A DNA stretch of 64,000 nt from Patescibacteria group bacterium. GTDB taxonomy: Bacteria; Patescibacteriota; Minisyncoccia; Phycocordibacterales; Phycocordibacteraceae. Location of the stretch: contig JAGWVF010000002.1 of the NCBI GenBank assembly GCA_018971045.1, positions 65,133-129,132 of the forward strand, in the 5' to 3' direction. Numbering within the stretch: position 1 is the first letter of the stretch; each line of letters starts with the position of its first letter. The position numbers and the translations under genes are program-made. The notes under the pieces were generated by a model. That model was not told where the DNA came from and did no database searches. It saw nothing but the letters and a program-made list of their open reading frames with translations. Of the stretch, positions 55,741 to 64,000 are shown in pieces.

Positions 55741-57805
55741 TTTCAAACTCCATCTTCCTTTTAATCCGGCGGGAGATCAGCCGGCGGCGATAGCCGCGCT
55801 TCTACGTGGCCTCGATGAAGGCATGCGCGATCAGATCCTCTTTGGAGCGACGGGAACGGGAAAGACCTTCACTATCGCCAATGTGATCGCCCGCCACGGA
55901 AAGCCGACGCTGGTCCTCGCGCACAATAAAACGCTCGCGGCGCAACTCGCGCAGGAGTACCGCGAATTCTTCCCTGAGAATGCCGTGCATTACTTCGTCT
56001 CCTATTACGATTACTATCAGCCGGAAGCGTATATCGCGCATTCGGATACGTATATCGAGAAGGAAGCGATGATCAACGCCGAGATCGACCGGCTCCGCCA
56101 CGCGGCGACGCAGGCGCTCCTCACGCGGAGCGACGTCATTATCGTCGCTTCCGTCTCGGCGATCTACGGCCTCGGCTCGCCGGAGGAATATGAGAGCGTG
56201 CATGTCAAAATCCAAACGCAGGAAGCCGTGGCAGGCGGACGGGGAGGGCTTATTCGAAAATTGATCGGCATCTATTTTGAACGCACGAACGCCGATCTGA
56301 ATCCGGGGCAATTGCGCGCGATCGGCAATTCGCTCGAATTTATGCCCGTCAACGAGCGCGTGCTGTACCGCATCGGCTTTGAGGGAGATATCGTCGCCTC
56401 GATCGATCAGCTCGACCCGGTCTCGCGCGCGCAGATGGCGGAGCCGACGTCCGTGTTCGTCTTTCCGGCAAAGCACTTCGTGACGAGCGAGAAGGAGCGC
56501 GATCGCGCCATCGAGGATATCAAGCTCGAACTCGAAGAGCAGCTGGCCAAATTCAAGCGCGAGGAGAAGCCGCTTGAAGCCGAGCGGCTGAAGCGCCGCA
56601 CGCTCCACGACCTCGCGCTCATCCGCGAACTCGGCTACACGAGCGGGATCGAGAATTACTCGCGCCATTTTGACGGGCGGAAGCCGGGGGAGCCGCCGCA
56701 TACCCTGCTCTCCTATTTCCCTCACGCCAAGGATGGATCGGCGGAATTTCTTACCGTGATCGACGAATCGCACGTGACGGTGCCGCAGATCGGAGGGATG
56801 TACGCGGGCGACAAGTCGCGCAAGGATGTTCTCGTCGAATACGGTTTTCGCCTCCCTTCGGCGCGCGACAACCGGCCGCTCACGTTTGAAGAGTTCGAGG
56901 CGCGCGTGGGGCAGATCATCTACACGAGCGCGACGCCGGGATCTTATGAAAAGAGCCGTGCCAAGCAGGTGGTGGAACAGGTGATTCGTCCGACCGGCCT
57001 CGTCGATCCCGAGCTATCGGTCCGACCCGTCATTGAAGGCGCGTCGAGCGGAGCGCCCGGCTATCCGGGACAAATCGCTGATTTCATTGCCGAAGCGGAG
57101 ACGGTCATCAAGCGAGGCGGCCGCGCGCTCGCGACTACGCTGACCAAGCAGATGGCCGAGGATCTCGCCGATTTTCTCAAAAAGAAGGGAATCAAGGCCG
57201 AGTATCTCCACTCCGACGTGAAGACCATTGATCGTATTGATATCCTGAGCACGTTCCGTCAAGGAGGTTTCGATATTCTAGTCGGGGTTAATCTCTTGCG
57301 CGAAGGGCTTGATCTGCCCGAGGTGGAGCTGGTCGGCATTCTCGACGCCGATAAGGAAGGATTTTTGCGCAGCGAGACGTCGCTCATCCAGACTATCGGC
57401 CGCGCGGCGCGGAACGTGCTGGGACGCGTTATCCTGTACGCGGACGTGATGACTGGATCTCTCGAACGCGCGATCAGCGAGACGAACCGCCGCCGCGCCA
57501 TTCAGATCGCCTATAATCAGAAGCACGGCATCACTCCGCAGACGATTAAAAAGGAGATTCACGATATCGCCGCTTCGATGCGCACCGAGCATCAGCGAAC
57601 CGTTCATGAACTTCTTGCTCTCGACACGCTTGCGTACAAGGACAATCCGAAGGAGTTCATCGCGCGCAAACGAGAAGAGATGGCGGAGGCGGTCGAGCGG
57701 CTCGACTTTGAGACGGCGGCGCTTCTCCGCGACGAAATCTACAGATTCGAAGGCACGACTCCCAAGGCGCGTAAACCCCGCGTTCGTAAACCGCTCAGTG
57801 GATAA
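55733..57805 (+). CDS. uvrB: Excinuclease ABC subunit B
   Basis: GATGTGKTFT, HNKTLAAQL, YYDYYQPEAY, DESH, NLLREGLDLPEV. Confidence 0.97.
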   Translation: MDNFKLHLPFNPAGDQPAAIAALLRGLDEGMRDQILFGATGTGKTFTIANVIARHGKPTLVLAHNKTLAAQLAQEYREFFPENAVHYFVSYYDYYQPEAYIAHSDTYIEKEAMINAEIDRLRHAATQALLTRSDVIIVASVSAIYGLGSPEEYESVHVKIQTQEAVAGGRGGLIRKLIGIYFERTNADLNPGQLRAIGNSLEFMPVNERVLYRIGFEGDIVASIDQLDPVSRAQMAEPTSVFVFPAKHFVTSEKERDRAIEDIKLELEEQLAKFKREEKPLEAERLKRRTLHDLALIRELGYTSGIENYSRHFDGRKPGEPPHTLLSYFPHAKDGSAEFLTVIDESHVTVPQIGGMYAGDKSRKDVLVEYGFRLPSARDNRPLTFEEFEARVGQIIYTSATPGSYEKSRAKQVVEQVIRPTGLVDPELSVRPVIEGASSGAPGYPGQIADFIAEAETVIKRGGRALATTLTKQMAEDLADFLKKKGIKAEYLHSDVKTIDRIDILSTFRQGGFDILVGVNLLREGLDLPEVELVGILDADKEGFLRSETSLIQTIGRAARNVLGRVILYADVMTGSLERAISETNRRRAIQIAYNQKHGITPQTIKKEIHDIAASMRTEHQRTVHELLALDTLAYKDNPKEFIARKREEMAEAVERLDFETAALLRDEIYRFEGTTPKARKPRVRKPLSG

Positions 57806-57866
57806 GTCCCGCAAGGCCTTGCCGCATGTTCTATACTCCTAAGGGAGCATCAAAAGAACGATTTCC

Positions 57867-58502
57867 ATGCCTTATTATCCAGACGACGATAAATCCCTCT
57901 ACATTAGTCCCACCGTTGGCATTTCGATCAGCCTTATTCTCTTGGTTGTTGGCGGCGGTCTTGGCGCTCTCACGTCTTGGTACCTCTCAAAGCCGGCGAT
58001 TGCGCCCGAGTGCAGTACTGCCGAGCTCAATCAGAAATATCAGAGCGGATTTGAAGCCGCGAAGCAATTGGTCGAGAACAGCAGCATCGGCGGCGCCTTT
58101 CGCCCTGCTACCGACGTGCGTACGCTCACCGGCACGGTTACCTCGGTGAGCGCTGATCGCTTCACCCTGAACAGTCCGTCCGTAAATCCCTTTGATGACC
58201 AATCAATGAATATTCGAACCGTCTTCTTTTCCGGAACAACGACGATTGTCGCGCTTATTCCTAAAGATCCCGTTGCGTATCAAAAAGAGATGGACGTCTT
58301 CGTCAGGTCAGCTCGTTTGGGCACGTCAACGCCGTTAAACGCGCCGTCTTCGACAACCGAGATCGCTAAGAAAACAGCGGATATCAAAGTCGGCGATGCG
58401 ATTACCGTTATTGCCGCCGAGAATATCAGATCCCTTAAGGAGTTTCCTGCGGATAAAATCGAGATCTTAATTCCTTCATCTCTTCATGCACCACTTCCAT
58501 AG
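57867..58502 (+). CDS. Hypothetical membrane-anchored protein
   Basis: N-terminal TM; GTVTSVS...DIKVGDAITV OB-like pattern. Confidence 0.7.
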   Translation: MPYYPDDDKSLYISPTVGISISLILLVVGGGLGALTSWYLSKPAIAPECSTAELNQKYQSGFEAAKQLVENSSIGGAFRPATDVRTLTGTVTSVSADRFTLNSPSVNPFDDQSMNIRTVFFSGTTTIVALIPKDPVAYQKEMDVFVRSARLGTSTPLNAPSSTTEIAKKTADIKVGDAITVIAAENIRSLKEFPADKIEILIPSSLHAPLP

Positions 58503-59961
58503 ATTCAATTCAGCGATAGCTGGCATAGGGTTGGCTTCCGTACTCTTTTTTACGGGCGGCGCGGTTGCGTATGCGAGCGGCGGAAATACGGCCTTTACGT
58601 GCCCGACCGGAACCTATATGACCGGCCTTTATTTTCCCAATCTGGCCGAAAGTAATTATCAAGATTTTTCCGGCGTTACGGCAACTTGCGTACCGGCGAC
58701 CATGGGCGCGCCCTTTTTCCCTACGGGAGGAGGAGGCGCGGGAGTTACCTGCTACCAGAGCCCGGGCCAATTCGGGGTCGAGTCCAGCGTCACTTTCCCG
58801 ATAGTGGGCGGAGTACCGACAGCCCTCGGAGTGCAGGGTACGTGCGCGGCCATCGTGACCAACTCCGCTTCCGTACCGGCTGTCTATTCAGAAGATCCTA
58901 CGTCATGGAGCCGGCTTGACTGCCCGCCGAACTCTTTTCTCAATTACTTCTATTTCCCGAACGCATGGAGCCCAACTCAGCCCGGCTTATACTTAAGTGG
59001 CGGATGCCAGGCTCTCCCTCCGACGGCAAGTCTCAGCGCTGCTCCAACCACAGTGAATTCAGGCGGCGCCACGCACTTAAATTGGGGCTCCGTTGGAGCG
59101 TCGAACTGCACGGCTGGCGGTCCGTGGAGCAATGCAAGCTCGCCTCTTTCAGGAAGCGGATGGGGTAACTCTCTGTTTGCCGACGCTATTTACACGTTCC
59201 AGTGCTCGGCATTCGGCGGCTTCCTGCAGTCGCTTCTCCAGTCAGTCACCGTGAGGGTGAATACCTGCAATTTGCCGTGGGGAGGAACGATAGCCGACGG
59301 ACAATCCGTTACCGCGTATCAAAGCGCATCGTCGGCGACCTGCCCCTCTGAGACGCGCGTTTGTCAGGGATCAACGCTGAGCGGAACGTATCAGTCGCAA
59401 AACTGCACATCGACGTCAAGCAACACGATCGTCGCCACTCTTACCGCAACGCCGAGTCAAGTCAAATTCGGGAAGTCGTCTGTTCTTACTTGGACGTCTC
59501 AGAATGCGACCGAATGTGACGCCGTCGGCGGATTTACGACCGGCGGCATGCCGAATAACGCCACGGGCGTCTCCGTCGGCCCGATCACTTCGGTTCAAAA
59601 TTATCAGATATTCTGTTTCTACCGGACGGCGGCGGGAGATATTACGAATCAAGCATATTCGAATATAGCGACGGTTACCGTTCCGACGCCGATCTCCATC
59701 AATGCTTCTCAGACTCGCGTGCCGCCGGGGAGTCAGGTAACTATCTCGTGGACCTCCACGCTGCCGGCGAATTCCTACAACTGCCAGCTCTTGGGGCCGA
59801 ATGTTCCCGCGCTCGGCAACTTAACCTTCCCCGGAAGCCAGAAAGTCGTGATTAATTCCCAATCGGTCTACACTATTTCCTGCACCGATCCGTTAGGCGG
59901 AACCCCGCCGCCGGCGGTCTCGGTGCGAGTGAACATTACCGGATCTTCTCGAGAGTTCTAG
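58486..59961 (+). CDS. Secreted Cys/Ser/Thr-rich modular surface protein (adhesin-like)
   Basis: Signal peptide ending AYA; duplicated CP..YFPN module; three Ig-like L.A.P..V..G....L.W.S repeats. Confidence 0.75.
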   Translation: MHHFHRFNSAIAGIGLASVLFFTGGAVAYASGGNTAFTCPTGTYMTGLYFPNLAESNYQDFSGVTATCVPATMGAPFFPTGGGGAGVTCYQSPGQFGVESSVTFPIVGGVPTALGVQGTCAAIVTNSASVPAVYSEDPTSWSRLDCPPNSFLNYFYFPNAWSPTQPGLYLSGGCQALPPTASLSAAPTTVNSGGATHLNWGSVGASNCTAGGPWSNASSPLSGSGWGNSLFADAIYTFQCSAFGGFLQSLLQSVTVRVNTCNLPWGGTIADGQSVTAYQSASSATCPSETRVCQGSTLSGTYQSQNCTSTSSNTIVATLTATPSQVKFGKSSVLTWTSQNATECDAVGGFTTGGMPNNATGVSVGPITSVQNYQIFCFYRTAAGDITNQAYSNIATVTVPTPISINASQTRVPPGSQVTISWTSTLPANSYNCQLLGPNVPALGNLTFPGSQKVVINSQSVYTISCTDPLGGTPPPAVSVRVNITGSSREF

Positions 59962-60021
59962 AGACTCGTCTCGTGTGGTACACTGAACGCGAACCTGCCC
60001 CGCCACGGGCAGGGAATTCGC

Positions 60022-62700
60022 ATGCCGAAACAAACCAAGAAAAAAGAAATCCCTCGAGATCCTGTCCGGGATAAGCAACATAAGCACGGAAGCGACTGGC
60101 TTTCCGTGAGAGGCGCCCGCACGCATAATCTGAAGAATATCTCGGTGGATATGCCGCGCGGCGCGATGACGGTGATCACCGGACTTTCCGGTTCGGGGAA
60201 GAGCTCGCTCGCCTTCGATACGATCTTCGCGGAAGGACAGCGGCGGTATGTCGAATCCCTCTCAGCCTACGCGCGCCAGTTCTTAAATCAAATGGCGAAG
60301 CCGGACGTCGACGAGATCAGCGGCCTCTCGCCGGCTATTTCAATCGACCAGAAAAGCCGCTCCAATAATCCGAGATCCACCGTCGCGACCGTTACCGAGA
60401 TTTACGATTATTTGCGCGTGCTCTATGCGCGCGCCGGACAGCCCTACTGCATCCATCACGATGTCCCGATCTCGCGCCTTTCAAAGGAGGAGATGATCAA
60501 GATGGTCTTTTCGCGCGTCGAGAAGAAGCGCAAAGGCGCGGCCGCAGGATCCGCGGAAAAGGTGATGGGCGTCGCCGTTGATAGAAGCGCGGTTACCGTC
60601 TACGCGCCCGTCGTGGTGGGGCGCAAGGGAGAATACTATCAACTGCTCTACGATCTGCTCGGGAAGGGCTACGAGCGCGCCGTCATTGACGGGAAGCCGT
60701 TCTCATTGCGCGAGAAGATTGAACTCGATCGAAATAAACAGCACTCAATCGACGCGGTCGTTGACTCCATCTACGTCTCCGAGTTTGCACGCTCGGCCGA
60801 GAGCGCGCGCGAGCGCCTCTCCGAGGCTCTGGAGCTCGCGCTTAAAGAAACCGGAGGGCTCGTGAAGATAGCCCATGCCGACGGTTCGGTCGAAACTCTC
60901 TCGTCGAGGTTTATTTGTCCGGAAGACGGCGCGTCTTTCCCCGAGGTGGAACCTCGCCTCTTCTCTTTTAATTCTCCGTACGGAGCGTGCCCGGAGTGCC
61001 ACGGCCTCGGCACCGAATCGCTCTTCTCCGACGCGCCGTGTCCGGTCTGCGGGGGGAAACGCCTGCGTCCGGAGGCCTTGCGCGTCTATTTGAAGAGCAA
61101 GAAGGACGCGACGCTCGGTAAAAACATCGTGGATTTCACCGGCATGTCGATTCGCGAGGCAAAGGAATTCGTCGATTCGATCGCGCTGTCCGAGATGAAG
61201 CGCGAGATCGCCTCGCCGATACTTAAGGAGATCGACAGCCGGCTCGCGTTCATGCTGAATGTCGGCCTCGATTACTTGACCCTGAATCGTTCGGCCGCGA
61301 CGCTCTCTGGCGGCGAGGCTCAGCGCATCCGCCTCGCGTCCCAGCTCGGGAGCGGGCTCACGGGCGCGCTCTACGTCCTTGACGAACCGACGATCGGACT
61401 CCATCAGCGCGACAACGACCGCCTCATCAAGACCTTATTGGTGCTCAAAGAGCTCGGCAATACGATCATCGTCGTCGAACACGATGAAGACACCATCTAC
61501 GCCGCCGATTATCTGGTAGATATCGGTCCGAGCGCGGGAATTCACGGCGGCACGGTCGTAGCCGCCGGATGGCTTGATGACCTGCTTACGGCGAAGAAAA
61601 ACGAGAGCGGTTCGGTAACGCTCGCGTATCTGCGCGAAGAGAAGGAGATCGCCATTCCTGAAGAGCGCCGCACGAGCGAGAAGGGGTGGATCAAGGTGCG
61701 CGGCGCGACGCTCCATAATATAAAAAATCAAAATATTGACGTGCCGCTCGGCAGGCTCGTAGGCATCACGGGCGTGTCGGGGAGCGGGAAGTCGACCTTT
61801 CTGTACGACATCCTGCACCGGAATATCGCGGCGCGCTTCATGCGCCGCGAAGCCGCGCTCGCGCACGCGAGCGCTCTGACCGGCACCGAGTATGTCGGCC
61901 GTGCGGTGCTTATCGATCAGTCGCCGATCGGCCGCACGCCGCGCTCGAATCCGGCCACCTATACGGGCGCGTTCACTCACATTCGCGATCTCTTCGCGGC
62001 GACCGCTGAAGCGCGAGCGCGCGGCTGGAAGCCGGGCCGATTCTCATTCAATGTCCCCGGCGGGCGCTGTGAAGCCTGTCAAGGGAACGGCTCCATCGCG
62101 GTCGAGATGCACTTCCTCCCGACGGTTTACGTAACCTGCGATATCTGCGGCGGCAAGCGCTTTATGAAAGAGACGCTCGAGATCACCTATCGGGGGAAGA
62201 ATATCCACGAAGTGCTCATGATGACGATCGAAGAGGCCGAACGATTTTTTGAAGATATTCCGGCCATTTCCGATCGTCTGCGGAGCTTAAACGCGACGGG
62301 GCTTGAATATCTCACGCTCGGCCAGAGCGCGACGACGCTCTCGGGCGGCGAGGCTCAGCGGGTGAAGATCGCGAGCGAGATGTACCGTCCGATGACGATG
62401 AAGACGATCTACCTTCTCGACGAACCGACAGTCGGCCTCCATTACGAGGACGTGCGCAAGCTCATCGAGATTCTCCAGGAACTCGTGCGCCGCGGCAATA
62501 CGGTCGTCGTGATCGAGCATAATCTCGACGTGATCAAAAGCGCCGATTATCTTATCGACTTCGGTCCCGAGGGAGGTCTTGACGGCGGCAAGGTTGTCGC
62601 GAAGGGCACGCCTGAAGAAGTGGCAAAGACCTCGGGATCGCACACGGGCGCCTATCTCGCGAAGACATTCTCGCGCCATGCAAAGAAGCGAACTCGATAG
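60022..62700 (+). CDS. uvrA: Excinuclease ABC subunit A
   Basis: [14 protein letters not shown], two LSGGEAQR motifs, [14 protein letters not shown]. Confidence 0.97.
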   Translation: MPKQTKKKEIPRDPVRDKQHKHGSDWLSVRGARTHNLKNISVDMPRGAMTVITGLSGSGKSSLAFDTIFAEGQRRYVESLSAYARQFLNQMAKPDVDEISGLSPAISIDQKSRSNNPRSTVATVTEIYDYLRVLYARAGQPYCIHHDVPISRLSKEEMIKMVFSRVEKKRKGAAAGSAEKVMGVAVDRSAVTVYAPVVVGRKGEYYQLLYDLLGKGYERAVIDGKPFSLREKIELDRNKQHSIDAVVDSIYVSEFARSAESARERLSEALELALKETGGLVKIAHADGSVETLSSRFICPEDGASFPEVEPRLFSFNSPYGACPECHGLGTESLFSDAPCPVCGGKRLRPEALRVYLKSKKDATLGKNIVDFTGMSIREAKEFVDSIALSEMKREIASPILKEIDSRLAFMLNVGLDYLTLNRSAATLSGGEAQRIRLASQLGSGLTGALYVLDEPTIGLHQRDNDRLIKTLLVLKELGNTIIVVEHDEDTIYAADYLVDIGPSAGIHGGTVVAAGWLDDLLTAKKNESGSVTLAYLREEKEIAIPEERRTSEKGWIKVRGATLHNIKNQNIDVPLGRLVGITGVSGSGKSTFLYDILHRNIAARFMRREAALAHASALTGTEYVGRAVLIDQSPIGRTPRSNPATYTGAFTHIRDLFAATAEARARGWKPGRFSFNVPGGRCEACQGNGSIAVEMHFLPTVYVTCDICGGKRFMKETLEITYRGKNIHEVLMMTIEEAERFFEDIPAISDRLRSLNATGLEYLTLGQSATTLSGGEAQRVKIASEMYRPMTMKTIYLLDEPTVGLHYEDVRKLIEILQELVRRGNTVVVIEHNLDVIKSADYLIDFGPEGGLDGGKVVAKGTPEEVAKTSGSHTGAYLAKTFSRHAKKRTR

Positions 62701-63937
62701 ATTCAATCTCCCGGACGTGCCGGGAGTGTACCTCTTCAAGAAGGGCAGGCGCGTGATCTATATCGGCAAGGCGACATCGCTCCGCGATCGGGTGCGCTCC
62801 TACTTCGACGACGATCTCATCGCCGCGCGCGGCCCGCGCATCGTCGACATGGTCACGCAGGCGACCGCTCTTACGTATCAGAGCACCGCCACGGTTCTGG
62901 AGGCGCTGGTGCTTGAAGCCGCGCTCATAAAAAAATACCAGCCGAGAGCGAATGCGATCGGAAAAGACGATAAGAGCTTTTTATACGCCGTCATTACCCG
63001 GGAGCCGATCCCGCGCGTGCTCACCGTGCGGAAGAAGGACATCGATTTTGAAAAGAAGAGCGCGCCTCTCCCTCTGATGACGGAACTCGAATCGATCTAC
63101 GGGCCGTTCACGTCGGGGTCGCAGTTGCGAGAAGCGCTTCGGCTCATTCGCCGCATCTTCCCGTTCTTCGATACTCAAAAGCCCGTCGGTTCAAGAAGCA
63201 AGCATCAAGCGGCAAAGATAGAATTTAATGCGCAGATTGAGCAATACCCGCGCGACGTTACGGAATATCGCCGGACGATCCGGCACGTGAAGCTCTTACT
63301 GAGCGGCCGAGGGAAGGAACTGCGCGCGTCGCTTGCGCGCGAGATGAGGCGGGCGGCCCGCGACGAGCGTTTTGAAGAGGCGATGGAGGCCCGCCGTGCG
63401 CTCTTCGCGCTCGATCACCTGCAGGACGTCTCTCTCATTAAAGACGAACATCGGCGCGCCGATGGAGAGCCTCACGCCGAAGAAGGCAAGGGTATGCGAA
63501 TTGAAGCGTACGACACCGCGCACCTCGCGGGAACCAGCGCGATCGGGGTGATGACGGTCGTCGAGGGCGGCGAGCCAGTCAAAAGGGAATACCGGACCTT
63601 CCGCATCCGGGGCGTGAAAAAGAATGACGACGTCGGTTCGCTGAAAGAAATCCTTTCGCGCCGGCTCGATCATCCCGAATGGCCCTTCCCGGGCGTAATC
63701 GTGATCGACGGCGGCGCCGCGCAGAAGAGGGCGGCCGAGACGGTTTTGAAAGAGCGCGGATTCGCGATCCCGGTGGTCGGGGTCGTGAAGGATGAACGGC
63801 ATCGCCCCCGCGAGGTGATCGGCGCGCGGCGCGCGGGCGTCCTCGAGGCGGACGCCGTGCTCGCGAACGCGGAGGCGCACCGCTTCTCGCTCGCGCGCCA
63901 CCGCATCGCGCGCGCGCAAGCTCTGCATTTGAAATGA
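62678..63937 (+). CDS. uvrC: Excinuclease ABC subunit C (short, no HhH tail)
   Basis: PGVYLF...YIGKA..LR.RV.SYF GIY-YIG domain; RIEAYD, IDGG, EAHRF. Confidence 0.92.
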   Translation: MQRSELDRFNLPDVPGVYLFKKGRRVIYIGKATSLRDRVRSYFDDDLIAARGPRIVDMVTQATALTYQSTATVLEALVLEAALIKKYQPRANAIGKDDKSFLYAVITREPIPRVLTVRKKDIDFEKKSAPLPLMTELESIYGPFTSGSQLREALRLIRRIFPFFDTQKPVGSRSKHQAAKIEFNAQIEQYPRDVTEYRRTIRHVKLLLSGRGKELRASLAREMRRAARDERFEEAMEARRALFALDHLQDVSLIKDEHRRADGEPHAEEGKGMRIEAYDTAHLAGTSAIGVMTVVEGGEPVKREYRTFRIRGVKKNDDVGSLKEILSRRLDHPEWPFPGVIVIDGGAAQKRAAETVLKERGFAIPVVGVVKDERHRPREVIGARRAGVLEADAVLANAEAHRFSLARHRIARAQALHLK

Positions 63938-63949
63938 TATACTGGATTG

Positions 63950-64000
63950 ATGCAAACTATCGTCGGAGTTCTGCGAGGCGGGACGGGCCGGGAACACGAC
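63950..64000 (+). CDS. ddl: D-alanine--D-alanine ligase N-terminus (cut by window edge)
   Basis: MQTIVGVLRGGTGREHD matches the V.VL.GG.S.EH start of Ddl; TATACT 6 nt before ATG. Confidence 0.65.
   Translation, partial: MQTIVGVLRGGTGREHD

Noticed and set aside
1-64000. Many alternative-frame and antisense ORFs in the track (e.g. 326-1108, 2168-2962, 52343-53347, 55802-56773)
   Set aside because: They overlap well-supported genes, lack motifs and are expected shadows of GC-rich coding sequence.

Overview
Chromosomal segment of a streamlined bacterium, most likely Patescibacteria/CPR (Parcubacteria-like). This is inferred from gene content, trimmed housekeeping proteins and CPR-type hypothetical proteins; it uses the standard genetic code. 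It carries mostly core genes (rpoD, hisS, prmC, mltG, mnmA, murE, asnB, ung, alaS, miaA, ahpC, parB, rel, topA, dprA, serS, dus, dnaX, tgt, uvrB, uvrA, uvrC, start of ddl) and two tRNAs (Leu-CAA, Gln-TTG). I found no CRISPR array, rRNA, transposase, integrase or reverse transcriptase. The most notable unexplained signals are: (1) a ~260-nt structured intergenic unit at 29.5-29.8 kb with its own near-consensus promoter and terminator, a candidate novel ncRNA; (2) a gene ending in a DGR variable-region-like segment (12.05-12.2 kb) with no template repeat or RT in the window, plus a second, decayed target-like gene; (3) a ~170-bp element after tRNA-Gln containing an inverted and a direct copy of the tRNA 3' end, followed by an internally deleted ASCH-like gene; (4) pervasive leaderless -10-to-ATG architecture, including bidirectional -10 boxes, contrasting with SD-led self-contained orphan cassettes; (5) a 29-aa membrane peptide gene missed by the ORF track. 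All family calls rest on motif recognition by eye; no searches were run.
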